From the NCBI GenBank assembly GCA_029246085.1, contig JAQWOB010000035.1:12407-76406 (forward strand): a stretch of 64,000 nucleotides of DNA. Direction: 5' to 3'. A program made the translations under genes and the position numbers. This document shows, one piece after another, positions 62,937 to 64,000 of the stretch; position 1 is the first letter of the stretch; every line of letters starts with the position of its first letter. The notes beneath the pieces are model-generated. The model was not told the DNA's origin and did not search any database. It worked only from the letters and a program-made list of their open reading frames with translations. This stretch comes from Gammaproteobacteria bacterium. GTDB taxonomy: Bacteria; Pseudomonadota; Gammaproteobacteria; GCA-002705445; GCA-002716945.

Positions 62937-63455
62937 CTACTTAGGTGAGTATGGGTGAGCAGAATCTGCTGCTGCTGCAACAACGTCTTCAGCTGTTGGC
63001 GTACCAGCAACTGCAGCTTTGATAGCCATCATTGTAGCTTCATAGTTGTAGTCATAAATTCTAGTATCATCATTAGCATCCCAATGGATGAAAACACCAA
63101 CACAAACGAAAATATCATTAGCTTCAGCTGCTGGAATTGTTCCATTTTTTACAGAATCTGTAACAGCCATAGCTACCGCTCTTTGAGCTGGTCCAAACAT
63201 TTGAACTGCCTGTTTAGCGCCTTTAATAGTAACCTTATTAAACATTACTGTAGCTGGTTTAGTTGGTAGGTTAGGTGCACATACAGCTAATAGCGAAGTA
63301 AAACCATCTTTGTTATTACAAAGTGTATTACAAAATGCATCTTCTACAGCTGATCCACGTGGACCCATTATTAAGTCGATATGAGCTATTTCGTTATCAC
63401 CGCCTTCAGTTACAACTAGTCCTTCACCGACTAATACTTTATCAATTACTGCCAT
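62937..63455 (-). CDS. fae: Formaldehyde-activating enzyme (5,6,7,8-tetrahydromethanopterin hydro-lyase)
   Basis: 172 aa; near-collinear with Methylobacterium Fae ([73 protein letters not shown]). Confidence 0.9.
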   Translation of the reverse strand: MAVIDKVLVGEGLVVTEGGDNEIAHIDLIMGPRGSAVEDAFCNTLCNNKDGFTSLLAVCAPNLPTKPATVMFNKVTIKGAKQAVQMFGPAQRAVAMAVTDSVKNGTIPAAEANDIFVCVGVFIHWDANDDTRIYDYNYEATMMAIKAAVAGTPTAEDVVAAAADSAHPYSPK

Positions 63456-63488
63456 TTTTATCTCCTTGTTTATATTAAATGGTTTCTA

Positions 63489-64000
63489 CTAAGATTGTAC
63501 ACTTTTGAAGATTCTATGAATCATCAAACTTGCGACTAATAAATCTGCAGTAGTCCCCGGATTAATTCCTTTTTTCTTGTATTCATAATCAAGATCATTT
63601 AACTGTTTAACCAGATAACCCTGACTACAATCCTTGTCTTGTATTTTTAACAAATCATTGACACGATTACTAGTCTTTTTTGCTATTTCTTCACCTAATT
63701 TCCGTGAAATATGCGAATCAGGGATTTTACTCAAGATTTGAAGATATGTCATTGATATTGAAATATCACTAGATTTATATTTAATCATGTTTTTATCGAG
63801 GCTAGGAATAATAAAATCAAGAATATCTTGATAATTATTATGATATTGATATGAAATACGGTCATATTGAGCCGAATAACTCATTATTTCTCTTAATTTC
63901 ACTGCCGGCATAGATTTAGTATCATAATCTAAAACATCACCTAATCCACCAGGATTAGCAATATTTATGGCCTCACATATCTTTACAGTATCGTCACTAG
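63489..64000 (-). CDS. Triphosphoribosyl-dephospho-CoA synthase (CitG/MdcB)-like protein, H4MPT-cluster type; 5' end beyond window
   Basis: GINPGTTADLLVASL motif. The reading frame stays open upstream of the called Met to the window edge, so the gene is truncated by the window. Confidence 0.5.
   Translation of the reverse strand, partial: SDDTVKICEAINIANPGGLGDVLDYDTKSMPAVKLREIMSYSAQYDRISYQYHNNYQDILDFIIPSLDKNMIKYKSSDISISMTYLQILSKIPDSHISRKLGEEIAKKTSNRVNDLLKIQDKDCSQGYLVKQLNDLDYEYKKKGINPGTTADLLVASLMIHRIFKSVQS

Overview
This is an AT-rich (about 30% GC) chromosomal window from a gammaproteobacterium with Pseudomonas-like gene order. It is almost all conserved housekeeping and energy-metabolism genes, densely packed, with many 1-8 nt start/stop overlaps. 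I found no CRISPR array, integrase, transposase, phage gene or recognisable defence system, and no long repeats.

Gene content, left to right:
- 0-8.3 kb: trpS, a bolA-family gene, rimI, a family-4 uracil-DNA glycosylase, leuA, pssA and ilvC-ilvH-ilvI.
- 8.3-10.7 kb: a DUF218 protein, a TusA-like sulfur carrier and an M48/TPR protease (BepA-like).
- 10.8-12.7 kb: a thiosulfate-oxidation soxX-soxY-soxZ-soxA operon, where SoxY ends in the canonical GGCGG motif. soxB and soxCD are not in the window.
- 12.7-15.5 kb: an orphan lipoprotein, a secreted alpha/beta hydrolase, a tRNA-Lys(UUU) and a YeeE/YedE-family sulfur transporter.
- 15.5-21.1 kb: queC-queE, ruvC, yebC, nadA, aspS and a small zinc-ribbon protein.
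- 21.2-25.8 kb: two tandem monoheme cytochromes c (a split cytochrome-c4-like pair) and an RND efflux pump with its adaptor.
- 25.8-35.9 kb: pgeF, rluD/bamD, nadE, coaE-zapD, a Nudix-ThiE fusion (mutT-like), argJ, secA and a DUF721 protein.
- 35.9-52.7 kb: a complete division-cell-wall (dcw) cluster. It is rearranged: ftsZ sits between ftsL and ftsI instead of after ftsA, murB replaces murC, and a 65-aa J-domain mini-gene lies between mraZ and rsmH.
- 52.9-53.2 kb: the RNase P RNA gene (rnpB) immediately upstream of mraZ.
- 53.3-55.1 kb: a methyltransferase-like protein and dusA.
- 55.1-64 kb, the most unusual region: a compact island for tetrahydromethanopterin (H4MPT) and methanofuran cofactor biosynthesis plus the formaldehyde-activating enzyme Fae. 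It holds mobA, an AfpA/DmrB-like flavoprotein, a DUF6513+DHPS-like protein, DUF447, an MfnB/DUF556-like protein, pabB, an H4MPT-associated hydantoinase-family protein, an ATP-grasp ligase, a HisA-like protein, fae and a CitG-like gene truncated at the window edge.

The best candidates for a second look are the H4MPT/methanofuran/fae island next to sulfur-oxidation genes, the relocated ftsZ, and the J-domain gene embedded in the mra operon.
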